Shown piece after piece: positions 29,012 to 40,944 of a DNA stretch of 64,000 nt. The stretch's first letter is position 1; each line of letters begins with the position of its first letter. This DNA comes from an uncultured delta proteobacterium (GTDB taxonomy: Bacteria; Desulfobacterota; Desulfobacteria; Desulfobacterales; UBA2156). The notes under the pieces were generated by a model. That model saw only the letters and a list, made by a program, of their open reading frames with translations. It ran no database searches and was not told the DNA's origin. Made by a program: the position numbers and the translations under genes. Location of the stretch: contig CAVTQK010000015.1 in NCBI GenBank assembly GCA_963736855.1, forward strand, positions 608,001 through 672,000, given 5' to 3'.

Positions 29012-30228
29012 TTTTCAGTCTCCCAGCCGCCGCGTAGCAGTCGCCCCTTGGATAATTTCTTGATAAACCTTTGTGAGCTGTTCCACGATGCGTGTCCAGG
29101 AGTAGCGGTCCCTCGCAACCTGCCGCCCCCGCATCCCCATGTCACGGGCTCAATTTCTTGTCTGAAAGCACACGGCAAACTGCATCCGCAATCTCTAGAG
29201 GATCGAGCTTCACCACGAGCCCGGCCCATTGCGTCCTGAACCTCGCGCCAGATTTTCACCTGGTCCGAAATCACCACCGGACAGCCGCAGGCCATAGCCT
29301 CCACTATCGTCATGCCGAAATTTTCCGTGTAAGAAGGCAGAACAAATACATCCGCATCTACATAGGCTTGAGTTAAAGTAGTACCTTCGAGATGCCCCAC
29401 AAATTCTACTGCGTCACCCAACCTCCTTTCCCGTACCCAAGTGCGCACCCTTTTTCCATAATCGTCGTTCTCCGGTCCAACAAGAGCAAGCTTTGCCTCC
29501 GGGAATCGTTGCCGGATTGCAGCAAATGCTGGAATTAACAAATCCAGTCCTTTTACCGGATGCAGCCGGCCGACAAACAACACCAGTGGTATTTGTGCCT
29601 CAAGGCCAATGCGGCCCCGAAAGCCACCCGGTTGCGGTAGTAGGTCATACTGCTGCCATTCAATTCCGTTGGGAATTATGACGGCCGGAGCTCGAAGCTT
29701 CAAGAAAGCCGTTCGCTCCATTTCCTCTTTTGCCGTATAGTGGATAGCCGAGGCATGGTTCAGGTTGGGGATGTCAAACAGCCGCTCGTAGAGACGCTTT
29801 AGTGGTAGCGCCCATTTCCCGAACCGGCTTTGTTTATAAAGAAACGGATCCAGCGAACCATGCGGACTTATTATATAAGGCATCCCCGTTTTTCGAGCCA
29901 GCCATGCAGCATAGGTCATCGGGAAGCGATAAAGTCCGTGGATGTGGACAAGATCGAAAGAGCACAACTGATTTTTAAAATAATCCTGTAATTGCCATGA
30001 AAAAAGAATTGGGCGAAACTGTATGGGAAAATAATGTATAGGCACGCTGTTTACGGAAACAGCTCGATCAGTTGGAACATCCAGCAAACCTCGTGGTGCA
30101 TCTATATTAGTCGTCGCAACTTCTACGTTTAAACCCGCTTCTATTTGATTTCTTGCCAAACCATGAAGCACGGCCTGAACGCCCCCGAACTTTCGGGACA
30201 TGGCCTGAACTACGTGCAAAATACGCAT
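29008..30228 (-). CDS. GT4 glycosyltransferase (C-terminal frameshift)
   Basis: MRILHVV, LFVGRLHPVKGLD, PSYTENFGMTIVEAMACG. Confidence 0.9.
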   Translation of the reverse strand: MRILHVVQAMSRKFGGVQAVLHGLARNQIEAGLNVEVATTNIDAPRGLLDVPTDRAVSVNSVPIHYFPIQFRPILFSWQLQDYFKNQLCSFDLVHIHGLYRFPMTYAAWLARKTGMPYIISPHGSLDPFLYKQSRFGKWALPLKRLYERLFDIPNLNHASAIHYTAKEEMERTAFLKLRAPAVIIPNGIEWQQYDLLPQPGGFRGRIGLEAQIPLVLFVGRLHPVKGLDLLIPAFAAIRQRFPEAKLALVGPENDDYGKRVRTWVRERRLGDAVEFVGHLEGTTLTQAYVDADVFVLPSYTENFGMTIVEAMACGCPVVISDQVKIWREVQDAMGRARGEARSSRDCGCSLPCAFRQEIEPVTWGCGGGRLRGTATPGHASWNSSQRFIKKLSKGRLLRGGWETEK

Positions 30229-30231
30229 AAA

Positions 30232-31206
30232 TCATTTTCCTTGACGAAAAATATAATCTTTGTACCACTCGACAGACCTCCGCACACCTTCAGCCAAACG
30301 TACCTGTGGGCTGCCTACAAGTGATATCGTTTTTTCATGAAATACAGACTCATTAACTGTCAATCTAAATAACCTTTCTGTAGACATAGGAAATGGAATG
30401 TTTAATCTTTTTATTTTATCCCCAATTATTGCAAGAACCCTCCAGATAGTTATTGGAATCCTGCGAACAGGCTTTCCTGATAACAGCAAGGAAAAACTGT
30501 TCATCCATTCTGCGTTATCAATAGGGGGATCAGTGATGTAAAAAACCTGTTCCCGGACTTTTTCTGGAACTGCATTCAGCCCGATGGCGACAATCTGATC
30601 TATAGCGTTTTCGATATACCCGTAATATTTGATAATTGGCTTGTAACCGGGGTGCATATAATACCGTTTGTGAAGGTAACGCCACAGCTCGCCAGGGAAA
30701 AACGGGTGCATCGGCCCCCATATATTCGTGGGTCTGAGTATGGTCCAACATTTCGTACATTCTTTTCGCACTAATGTTTCGCCCATAGCCTTGCTTTCGC
30801 CATATGCAGTGTATGGCATCAAAAAATTTTCACTCGGTGGGAAAATCCCCGGTCGTACAACATATTGAGTAGAAACATGGATAAAGCGCTTCACAGATTC
30901 AGTATTGTTAACGGCTATGATTACGTTAGCCGTACCAACGACGTTATCAGGGAAATCCTCAACAGTTTTTCCATTGAGATCGGCTTTGGCTGCTAGATGA
31001 AAAACATGGGTAGGATTAAATTCGAAAAAAATATTCGCGAGATTATGTGTATTCTTTATATCCCATTGCTGCCAGAACGTGTTTTGCGACGGCAACCTTG
31101 GAGGATTGATGTCAACATTTTTAATTTGCTTTCCTGTACGTTCAAGTCGGTTTATAAGGTGCGTTCCTATAAATCCTGACCCTCCAGTGACCAGCACTCT
31201 ATCCAA
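30232..31206 (-). CDS. NAD-dependent epimerase/dehydratase
   Basis: VLVTGGSGFIG, HLAA, YGESK; TTG start after GGAGGG. Confidence 0.88.
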   Translation of the reverse strand: MDRVLVTGGSGFIGTHLINRLERTGKQIKNVDINPPRLPSQNTFWQQWDIKNTHNLANIFFEFNPTHVFHLAAKADLNGKTVEDFPDNVVGTANVIIAVNNTESVKRFIHVSTQYVVRPGIFPPSENFLMPYTAYGESKAMGETLVRKECTKCWTILRPTNIWGPMHPFFPGELWRYLHKRYYMHPGYKPIIKYYGYIENAIDQIVAIGLNAVPEKVREQVFYITDPPIDNAEWMNSFSLLLSGKPVRRIPITIWRVLAIIGDKIKRLNIPFPMSTERLFRLTVNESVFHEKTISLVGSPQVRLAEGVRRSVEWYKDYIFRQGK

Positions 31207-33039
31207 AGTTATTCCCTCCACAGGCCTTGCCCTTTGGCAGCAGGCAATGCGTCGCTGCCCGATACACCACTTTTGCCCAGGCGCGATGGCCTCTTTCGCC
31301 GGAGTCGGCACCTGAGTGAAGCCACTGACGGACCGGGATGGAAAAACCGGTTTTTGGCCGGTCGATGATCGTCTCGGGTGGGGCTCCGGCCCAGGCTGTT
31401 TCGGCCATCAGGCGTTTGTCCGGTCTCGGGTATTGCTGCATCAAAGGTATCATCGCTCTCCTCAAGTCCAGGTCCACCAACGGGACCCGAATCTCCAAGG
31501 AATGCGCCATGCTAGCCCAGTCGCTGTCTCTGAGAAGCATGTTGCGCATGAACCAAGTGGTTTCCAGGGCCGACACCGACGCAAAACTCCCTGTTCCCGG
31601 TTGGACTGTTCGATTAAGGTGAGAAAGAGACGCCAGATCCCTCCAGCCATCGCGCACCATATCGGGGTCCAAAAGCCTTGGCAGTTCCCAGGGCATATAT
31701 AGGTCCCACCTCAAAAGATAGGCTCCGCCGACAGTTGCGCCATATTCGAATACTCCTGCATACTTGGGTGAGGTAAAATGCTTGATGAGGGGCTCTGTGA
31801 TAATCCGAAATGCCTTGCCGAATGCCCTGAATGGGGCGGCAACTTTCATCAATCTGGGGATATGCTGGAATGAAGGATAGCCGCCGAATATTTCATCACC
31901 GCCCAACCCGGAAAGCACCACTTTAAGGCCGCTTTCCGCCGCGGCCTTGCTGACGAAATATGTATTGACACCATCGATGGTCGGCTGATCCATAGCGGTA
32001 AAAATTTTCTCTATGTCCTGTGTAAAGTCTTTCCCGCGCACCCAGCCTGTTTCATGGACCGTGCATAGCTTGCGAGCCACCATCTCGGCAAAGGGACTTT
32101 CATCATTTTGGGTGCCGCGATACTCTTCAAAGCCCAGGGTGAACGTGCGAAGCGGTTTATCGGAGCACCCGACCGCCAGGGTCGCTATTGAGGTCGAGTC
32201 CAGGCCAGCCGAGAGGAATACCCCAACCGGCACATCAGAAACCATGTGGCGCCGCACGCTCTCCTGCAATGCTTGGCCCAGAGCTATTCGGCGACTTTCT
32301 CCCGGGTCATGCTGAAATTCGGACTGCCCGGCCGGGCGATTTCCTGCGCCACATCACAGAACATTGTCAGTTTCGGTTGTGTGTCGCCTCGCGCCACCCA
32401 TAGGGTCGTGCCTGCCGGCACGCCCGTATTCGCTTGTAAAGCGTAAAGGGTTCGGGCACATAGCCCAGAGAAAGAATCCCACATGCCCGGCCGGTTCAGG
32501 TGCGGTGTCCGAGCATCCGGCCGCCAGCAACGTCTTCACCTGGCTGGCCACCCGTATCGTGCGCCCATCATTCGATTAATACAGAGGTTTTATACCAAAG
32601 GGGTCCCGGGCCAGAAAAAGACCGGACTTCTTTTGGTCCCAGCAGGGCAAAGGCGTACATGCCCCGCAGATGTTCCACCATCGCCTGATCGTATTCACGA
32701 TACAGATGGAGCAGAACTTCCGTGTCGCTGCTGGACCGAAACCGGCAGCCCCGTGCCTCCAGCCCTGAGCGCAAGGTTCTGTAGTTGTAGATCTCCCCAT
32801 TATACGTAATCCGCAGGAGACCGTCTTCAGTCGCCATGGGCTGTGCCCCGGCAGACGACAGATCGATGATGGCAAGACGCCGGTGCCCCAAACCTACGGC
32901 CCCGTCCTCAGATACCCAAAACACCTTCGCCGTCCGGCCCCCGCGCCCTCTGCGCCCGATTGGCAACACGGAGCCAGTTCACCGCAACGTTGTGTTCTGG
33001 CCTATCATTGTAGTAAAACAATAAAGCGATTCCGCACAT
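31199..33039 (-). CDS. asnB: Asparagine synthase (glutamine-hydrolysing)-like amidotransferase, several apparent frameshifts
   Basis: MCGIA, RGPDG, LGHRRLAIIDLS, YNGEIYNY, ARDPFGIKPLY, FLSAGLDS, SGLGGDE, SMAHSLEIRVP across frames. Confidence 0.88.
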
Positions 33040-33171
33040 ATAACGTCTATCCCGTTTCGCTATAAGATGGTAAGGCCCGAAAGAAATGCCTGACAAGGAG
33101 ATACACCATCCCGCGCCATATTTCACTCGGGAGTGATATCCGGGTAATTTGAAGCATTTTGACCACGATTG

Positions 33172-34241
33172 TTAAACCCTTCGAGTCTCGTACAGTTCCT
33201 TCATTGCCAAAAATACTTCATCAACGGTAATCGAGCGGATGCACATTTTGTCAAAATGGTTGCAGACCGTTAGTCCGCACCCATAGCAGGGTGTCTGGTG
33301 ATAGAGCACGCGGTGTTGAGATCCGAATGGGTACCATTTCCCTGCCTTGTTTCGTGCACTGAAAATGGCGATGCATGGCGTACCAACAGCGGCTGAAAGA
33401 TGCATGGGACCGCTGTCGTGCCCGATAAAGAGCGCCGCTCTTTCCAGCACCGCAGCAGTTTCACGCGGGGTCAGCCTGCCACATAAGTTGAGCCTGGGTC
33501 CCTTCCAGCGTTCGGCAATCTTCCCGCTAAGGCCATACTCGTCGGCCGAACCCACCAGCGCCAGCCCCAGGCCAGCGTACTTTCCACTCAATTTAGCAAA
33601 CAAAGCCTTCCAGTTCTCTCTGCCCCAGTCGTTTGCGTCCGCTTTCGTACCGATGCTGGCCGCGATAAATTGATGGTTTCCTTCCCATGACTTGATCTCG
33701 TCTTCCGCCTTTTGGCGCTCTACCAGCGTAAGGTTCAGATCGTAGCTTTCAGGCTCATTCGTCTCGGCATCACCCAGCTTTGCAATGCAGCGTGCCATCC
33801 GGCATGCTTCCGCTTCCCACAACTCGCTGTCGGCTGGTTTTCTGATGCATTGTCGGTCCCGGTTCCAGGGCACACCGATGAATTTAGGAATTCCACAGGT
33901 TTTGAAAAAAGTGCATCCCGAAAAGCCTTTATGCTGCCCCTGGGCTCGGCAAGGTAAACCAGCACCTCGGGACCCCAAAACGGATCTGCCGTGATAAGCG
34001 CCAAAGCGTTTTTGGGTTATGGGTGTTGAGGGGGTATCGGAAATACCCGTGCACAAGATTCATAGGGCCGAGAATGGTGTCAATGGGTAGGCTTCTCTTT
34101 CGCCCCTTCGGGAAAATTGGCGAGCACGCACCGTTCCGCCTCAGGGAAAACCCGTGCGATGAGCTTGAAACAGGGCAGGGCCACCACCGTGTCGCCGATG
34201 CTGCCGAGGCGGTAGATGAGCACTCTTTTAGCTGATTTCAA
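33172..34241 (-). CDS. GT9 (heptosyltransferase-like) glycosyltransferase, apparent frameshifts
   Basis: IYRLGSIGDTVVALP at the 5' end; NLCGRLTP...IGHDSGPMHLSAAVGTP. Confidence 0.85.
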
Positions 34242-34338
34242 GTTCTCTTTTCACCTGTAATATCCAATTTTCGATTACACCATTGTCACATTTTATTGCC
34301 CGTATCCTTCAAACTTGTCGATTCCAAAATATGAATCT

Positions 34339-35072
34339 TCACTTGACGGCCATGCAAAGCAGGTTCTGGCTGAAGATCGCGTCACGATCCAAATCGCCGG
34401 TTTCCGCTGCCATGTAAAGGCGCAGCATGTTGCGAAACACCTTCCACAGCAGCCAGCGGACAGCGCTTTTCAAACCATGGGGCACGGGGTGCTCCTTGAA
34501 ACATCTCACCTTTGAGAAACCCGAAGACATCAGAAGCTGGGCAAGCGAGGTTCGCGTAAAGGCCAGTTCGTGGGTAAAGTCCCAAAAAAGCATGCGATTT
34601 CCGAATGGCGATTCCGCGTTGGGCGTGTGGATGATCCATCGCCCGCCGAACTTCAAAACCCGGCAAACTTCATCAACCAGCCCGATCAGCTCGTTTTTGG
34701 TGAAATGCTCGATCAGGTCGAAGGCGACGACGCAATCAATAGCCCCTTCCACCACATTAAATAGGGTGTCCATCACATCCCCCTGTTCAACCCCGTCAAT
34801 GCCAAGGCGCCTGGCCGTCTCCACCTGTTCCGGGGAGCCGTCCACGCCGTGCATATTCCGGAACCCCATTTGCCGGGCCACATGAATCAATGCGCCATGA
34901 CCGCAGCCAAGGTCCAGGACAGCGGCGTCCTGGTCCATCGGAAAGTGCAACCGCACCAGCTTTCGCAAGCCGGCAAGCCGGGCTTCAGCCCCTCCAACGT
35001 TTCAGGCGCAAGCGTCTTTTGCCTGCCTGTTACGTAAGCGTTGTAGATGCGGGAACGGTATTCGGATAACAT
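34339..35072 (-). CDS. Class I SAM-dependent methyltransferase (apparent frameshift)
   Basis: VLDLGCGHG, FDLIEHF, HTPNAES, DFTHE; start MLSEYRSRIY in another frame. Confidence 0.85.
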
Positions 35073-35121
35073 GATTGGGTAATCCTTTCCTGGGATCTTG
35101 ACGATAAGAACTGTCTTTTGC

Positions 35122-36551
35122 TTAGGATTTTGAATAGCCATAAGAGAATAAAATCCTGGGGAAGGCTCCTGAATATATAAAGTAAATAGGCGTCGGACGA
35201 CCCTTCCACAAACTGATTATGGATACGAGAAGCAAATATATTGCCCAGATATTGGCATGAAGATCAAATCCCGAAATTTTCTTAACCAACACCAGCCAAA
35301 TCAGACCCAAAACACCGGGATAGAAAAAGGCGCCAGTCCATCCGAAAGCCGAATATCCATTTCCAATCAGGGCGACTGTTGCATACCCTTCCCTTATATT
35401 TCTTGCGCGGAAATGATAATATAACCAGTCACCTTTACTATATCCTCTTGGCTTGTCCGGCGCCAACACCCTCGGCATGGATCTATAGATACTATCGGTG
35501 AGATCTTTTACCCCAACTTTGCCGTGAAAATCGGTCCCGGTTTTTAGTACATCCACATGGTTGATGTTGCTCATTCGTTCTAATACATTTTGCGGTTTGC
35601 CATAGTAGTTGAGATACCATCCGTAGCGTGCGCTCAGGTTCCTCTCTTTAACAAAGGCGGAAAATGCATCGGTCGAATTGTAAAATGCATCGATGGTTGC
35701 ATCGATGCGCTGGGTCCAGGACAATTTTCCGCGAAAGGCGCTGCGCACATATAAAAAAACCGGGGTGATGAAAACAACCATCACCGCTATTAATGTTGAT
35801 ATAATAACAAGCTTGCGCCACCTGATTTTATATTCGAATGCGGAAACAGTGGCCACAAAACACAGAAGCGTTTCCATCAAGGCCATGGGGAATTGCTGAC
35901 CATTGCAGAGGCGAGTTCAGCGATTAAAATGGCCAGGACCCAAATGTTGAGGCTTCGCTTGTGGTTGGACCTGATCAGGACACGGGCAATGGCAGCGATG
36001 AGCGATAGGTGCAAAAAAGGTGTAAAAAACGTTGCTACGGTGATCCCAGTATAGGTTTCTCCCGCTCGAAAGGCCACGGCTGTATTGGCGGTAATCCCGA
36101 CAACCCCTGCCAAAAAGGAAATGCGACCTAAAGCTGTCGGGTTGGATGTCGGCGCCAATAGAGGACGACCTATCGGTATCCTTGAGGACATAATAAGCGC
36201 AATGCTGTAGCCGATGACCCCCACCAGAACCACGCCGAAAGAACCGGTGGGATCCTGAAGGTATTTATTCAGGACCTGGCCCATGGCCAGCTTGGCGAAA
36301 AAAGGGAAGCCAACGTAACGGAACCCCACCAGGGCAACCAATACCGCTGCAATGTTAAAAGGGCCGAAATAGGCCAAAGGCAAAAGGCTCAAAATGATGG
36401 AAGCCGCGCAGAAAAGCACCGCTGCAGAACTGGCCCCCATGATCAAGTGGCACCCGGTGGCAAGGACCACCAAAATTGAGGCAATTTTAAGAAGTGTGCG
36501 TCCCTGGCTGGTATCCGGGGCAAATTCCTTTACTCGTTGATTAAGCATCAT
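35122..36551 (-). CDS. Polytopic membrane protein, putative Wzy-like polymerase (apparent frameshift near 35880)
   Basis: Two consecutive hydrophobic ORFs with a large periplasmic loop (SMPRVLAPDKP) inside the polysaccharide operon. Confidence 0.55.
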
Positions 36552-37636
36552 GATACCGCTATTGTTTCAAGTCCTGTTTTATCTGTAATGCCCGGATTGC
36601 CATTCAGTAAAACATCCAGAATGTGTTTCATCACCGGCTCGTTGAGATAGCCGCTGTTTATGCAGCGTTTGCGGCCGGCTTCGGCAATGCGGCGCCTTTT
36701 TTCTTCATCAGCCAGCATGGCGAAGCAATTTTCAGCGCACTCCTCTGGTGTATCCCAGAAAACCGCCTCTTCATCCGCTTTGTACATGGCCAGGTGCTCT
36801 TCGGTACGCTCGGCGCATAGCAAACTGCCGATGTAAGGGATTTCCGCAGAACGAGTCGTATGCAGATCTCGATTGCCTTTGGAAAGAAGTCCCAGGCAGA
36901 TTCTGGCGCATTGGATCGCTTTCACGTAGTCCGGCCCCACAAGCTCAGGGCCGCTCCAAATATTTTTAATGACCGGCCACTCAGGGGCCTTTTGCCATCT
37001 GTCGCCGTAAAGCGTAAGGGGTACGCCAAGCTGGATCAGGCGTGAAATAAAAGGCCCGCGCTCGGGCATCCATGTGCCGATGAAGGCCACCTTGCTTGCC
37101 CACCTGGCTTTTTCTTCGGAGGTCAGATCAAGAGGCGCATGGGCAATTTCGTCGGCTGATCTAAAAACCAAGACCACTTTTGGAACACCCAAAGAATATG
37201 CTTCTTTCACGTTTGGCCGCCGAACAACAGCCGTCAAATCAAAGTGCTTTATGGATTTTCGGAAGATGGAAAACCGATTTTTACCCCTTGGGCCGAAGGG
37301 ATCGTCAATCACATAGCTCAACAACCATTTTCCATATTCCTTCAAGGCAAGCGATGTGTTTGGGCCTATCAGGTTGCATTGATCACTCCAGATCACGTCG
37401 AAGCGCTTGCCGTTCATCATAGCCAGCAGACGCCTCCGCACATAGGGCTCCATCCAGGCCGAACCGATCTCAAAGACCAGTTTGACGATCACTTTTTTAA
37501 TAAAAAGATGCTGGGGCAAAAATGCCCAGGTGTCGATCAATTCCACGCTGTGCCCAAGCCGGCGCAACGCATCGGCCCGGTGCCGGGAGGTGCCGTGATT
37601 ATGTCCCAGATAAAGAATATTGAGGTTTCGGTTCAT
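36548..37636 (-). CDS. CgeB-like glycosyltransferase
   Basis: VAFIGTWMPER, NRDLHTTRSAEIP, ERTEEH, IAEAGR. Confidence 0.8.
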   Translation of the reverse strand: MNRNLNILYLGHNHGTSRHRADALRRLGHSVELIDTWAFLPQHLFIKKVIVKLVFEIGSAWMEPYVRRRLLAMMNGKRFDVIWSDQCNLIGPNTSLALKEYGKWLLSYVIDDPFGPRGKNRFSIFRKSIKHFDLTAVVRRPNVKEAYSLGVPKVVLVFRSADEIAHAPLDLTSEEKARWASKVAFIGTWMPERGPFISRLIQLGVPLTLYGDRWQKAPEWPVIKNIWSGPELVGPDYVKAIQCARICLGLLSKGNRDLHTTRSAEIPYIGSLLCAERTEEHLAMYKADEEAVFWDTPEECAENCFAMLADEEKRRRIAEAGRKRCINSGYLNEPVMKHILDVLLNGNPGITDKTGLETIAVS

Positions 37637-37827
37637 TCCGAATCTCCTATCGATTCCATCAAGAAGAACAGCTTTAGCCCTACAGTTCCCTGATGATGTC
37701 GACCATGTGGTCGTCATATTCAGCCTATCCGCTCAATTTAACCCCGAATTCAAACGTTGCCACGATCAAGACCTATAGATCAATGTAATCTGCAGGGAGC
37801 TATAACGCAATTCCCCCATGATCTGGG

Positions 37828-39229
37828 TCATTGGTTCAGAAACGCGTCGGTATGCTTAGCGGTAATGTGCTTTTTCCAAACCAACCTGAAACCTACCAAA
37901 GGATTAAGGGCCAACATAAGGTTTGAACCCGGATGGGTGCCTATGAGGCGGGATGCCGCATGCAGAGCATACAATGTCATAGCGCTGTCCGTCAACAGGA
38001 GAGCCAGCCCGGCGTTTGCGACGTTGCCAGTCCATGACATGAGAAAAAGTCCGAAGCCTACTGCTGCTGCGGAACTCAAGACGAAAACAAAAGCTGCTCG
38101 CAGGTGCCGGTTGGCCGCTTTGAGAACGACCAGACCTTCATACCACAACGCGCTTGCAGCTGCTGAGGCAAGAAGCCAGGCAAAGAGCGTGGGGTGCATC
38201 AACACCCTACCGTGTGTCCAAATAGCAAGAATGGAATTGCCGAAAAAAGCCAATCCTGCAACGGCAATCAGGGCAAGCCACAGGCCGGCACTCAGCATAT
38301 GGACGAAAAGGGAATTGCAAAGAGAGGTATTCCTGACACCGTAAGCGGCCGCAAGTTCAGGCTCGACGGCCCAGCTTATTGAATAAACGAGCTGCACGAT
38401 CAGACGAGTCAATGTGCGTAAGGTGGAAAAGACAACCACTGCCACGGAACCAAGCACACCGCCCACCGCCAACACCATGCCTTGGATATTCAGCCCATCG
38501 GCAAAAGTAATGGAAAGGTTTGCCAACGCGGGTTTGAACAACCTGTAAAGTTCGGCGCGATCAGCGTGCTTGAAGCCGAAAGAAAGCCAGTGGTAGCGAT
38601 GCACCAATATGAGCGCAATTGCTGGAGTAGCTATGCGCACGCACTCCGAAAAAGGCCCCGGCCGCTGCGATCGGTCCGCCGCCACTGAGCGCGGCGATCC
38701 ATATGGCGGTAAATTGAACCAGTCGAATCGTTGTGTTTAGAATCAGATGCAGGCTATAATTGCCTGTAGCGCGGAAGCCTGCGTGGTTGATTCCATCGGG
38801 AAGTTGGGCGAATATCCCGGCAGCAAGCAGAAAAAGAACCCACCGCACTTCGATGACGCGCATCGCACTAAAATTCATCCAATTTTCGAGATGCAATCCG
38901 AATATCAAGAAAGAGGTCAGTATAAACATGGAGACGGTAGCAAAAAAAACAAAGGCCATAAGGCTCTGAAAAATAACCAGGGCACCTGCACGATCTCCAC
39001 GTGCGACCCGGGCGGTCATGTCGTTTGCGGCGGATTGGGATAATCCAAGGTCTGTTAAAGACAGATACACCGGAATCGCAAACAACATGAGCCATTCACC
39101 GTAGAGCTGCGTGCCCCAAGCATGCAACAGAATGGGAACGCCGATCAACTGGATGACTACGGTGACGACCTGATTGCAGATATTGGCGCTGAAACCTTTG
39201 CGCAGGCGACTTCGTACCCCTAAATCCAC
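37828..39229 (-). CDS. Wzx-like polysaccharide flippase (apparent frameshift near 38640)
   Basis: WGTQLYGEWL...DLGLSQ N-terminal motif, many TM helices over two ORFs. Confidence 0.78.
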
Positions 39230-39299
39230 ACATTTACTCCTGGAAAAACAGCGTTCAAATTATTTTTACTAGGAGAGCCAAGAGAAAGTTTTGAGAGAG

Positions 39300-40115
39300 T
39301 CATCTCCAAATTTGTTGAAAAAAATTATAACAGCCATGAATTTCGGCAATAAAGTCAAGTTTCTTCCAATAATTATGTACGGATACCCTGTGCAAATCGT
39401 GAAAATCGATATTGCTTAATTTAATAATTCCTCTAAAGCAATTGAAAGAATAATCAAAATTATTCATAACAAACTCTTTAAGAGCTTTATTATAGCTATC
39501 CTTCCCACCAAAGGGATAGGCAAAGGTCTTGACGGTAATTCCAGTCTCCTTTTCTATATCAGCCTTTGACTGAGCAATTTCTTTTTTGGCAGCGTCAATA
39601 TCAATTGATGATAAAAAAGGGTGGGTTTGCGTATGGGCACCGATTAAGTGCCCTGCTTTAAGAAGTTTCCTTGTATGATCCCATGTCATCATTGGATATT
39701 TAACACCAAAGTTGGAGTATAGATAAGGCGAGTAATGTTGATCAAGGAATGAAGTGGTTATAAAAAAACACGCAGGGATTTTATAACGCTGAAGGATCGG
39801 AAATGCAGTCGTAAAATTGTCAAGATAACCATCGTCAAATGTCACTGCGATGTTGATTTTTCCAGGTTCGTTTTTTAGTTTTTTTAGATTATCAATTCTA
39901 ACAACAGAAAACCGGGAGGCAATATAGGACATCTGCCAGGAAAATTTTTCAATTGAAACAGAGAGGTTGCTTTGATCAATTTTGTTGCTGATACTGTGAT
40001 AAGTTAAAATTACTAAAGAAGCATGATTAAATTTATTAGAAATTGCCTTAAACGGAAGTAAGAGACCCCCTAAGACTAGCCGTAGAAAAGAATAATATAC
40101 TTCTTTATGGTTCAT
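39300..40115 (-). CDS. Polysaccharide deacetylase (NodB-like)
   Basis: LTYHSI, VTFDDGYLDN, GAHTQTHP, FAYPFG; visibly AT-rich. Confidence 0.9.
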   Translation of the reverse strand: MNHKEVYYSFLRLVLGGLLLPFKAISNKFNHASLVILTYHSISNKIDQSNLSVSIEKFSWQMSYIASRFSVVRIDNLKKLKNEPGKINIAVTFDDGYLDNFTTAFPILQRYKIPACFFITTSFLDQHYSPYLYSNFGVKYPMMTWDHTRKLLKAGHLIGAHTQTHPFLSSIDIDAAKKEIAQSKADIEKETGITVKTFAYPFGGKDSYNKALKEFVMNNFDYSFNCFRGIIKLSNIDFHDLHRVSVHNYWKKLDFIAEIHGCYNFFQQIWR

Positions 40116-40353
40116 CTGACTGAAGGAAACTTTTTGTCATGAAACGAGAAATATTGAAGATAATCGAAACCACGAACACTTGGAAAAACTAAAAAAACCA
40201 TCAATTGGTCCCGTATCGAATCCATTCTATCGAGCCATTATGTCGTAGGCACCATCGGGGAAGGCGCCGACGTCTATCCGTTGCTGCTGTATAAGTGCCT
40301 GCTCCTCCAATAATGGTTCTGGATTTCCTCTTATCCGGAACTGGAAAACCAAA

Positions 40354-40637
40354 TTCACCCGGTTAAATAAGATTTGAGTCTCCTTCTTAAAAAACATCCG
40401 GCCATGGTATGATTTTAAATATTTTTCACGCCTTGACGCGTCTTCCTGATGAATACAGGCTTCATAATAAATCAACTTCAATGGCCTCCTATCCTTGGTG
40501 GATTCCACAAGGCCTTTTTGATGCTGCTCAAATCTTTGCTTGAGGTTTTTCGAAATCCGACATAAAAATCACCGTCTTTTTCGCTTTGGAGAACGTATGT
40601 AAAAACCATCAAACCTCAAGCAATTTAACCGGGTAAA
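40354..40637. mobile_element. Putative GIY-YIG element bounded by 15-bp inverted arms
   Basis: TTCACCCGGTTAAAT (40354-40368) and ATTTAACCGGGTAAA (40623-40637), 14/15 complementary. Confidence 0.6.
40355..40609 (-). CDS. Small standalone GIY-YIG nuclease (two compensating apparent frameshifts)
   Basis: MVFTYVLQSEKDGDFYVGF, NLKQRFEQHQKG, STKDRRPLKLIYYEA, ASRREKYLKS, ending RLKSYLTG*. Confidence 0.82.
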
Positions 40638-40777
40638 AAGAACTTCGAGAAAAAAGCCAAACCCCGGAAGGAAACTCGATAAAAACGGCAAGCCAAAAAA
40701 TTATACTCGAGATCTGGAATCCGGCTGGAATGCCAAGGATGAAAAGAATCCTCATTATGGGCTGAAAGAGCATACCT

Positions 40778-40885
40778 CGGTTTGAACGAAAAAAGGGTTA
40801 CATTGCACAAATCCGACCTCAAAATTTTCTGAAAAATTTTCCAAAAAGCTAAAATCCGAAATCCAGGTGATTTTTCAAACCTCTC
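40778..40885. mobile_element. Isolated IS terminal segment
   Basis: Similar to 42759-42866; ends TTTTCAAACCTCTC. Confidence 0.55.
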
Positions 40886-40944
40886 AGCCTAAAAGAAACT
40901 GCCTCTACAGTGCCTCACAGAAATGAAATCTACGTCAAAACAAA

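Noticed and set aside
37735..37752. ATTTAACCCCG, resembling one arm of the palindromic element
   Set aside because: Single partial arm with no partner; too short to support.
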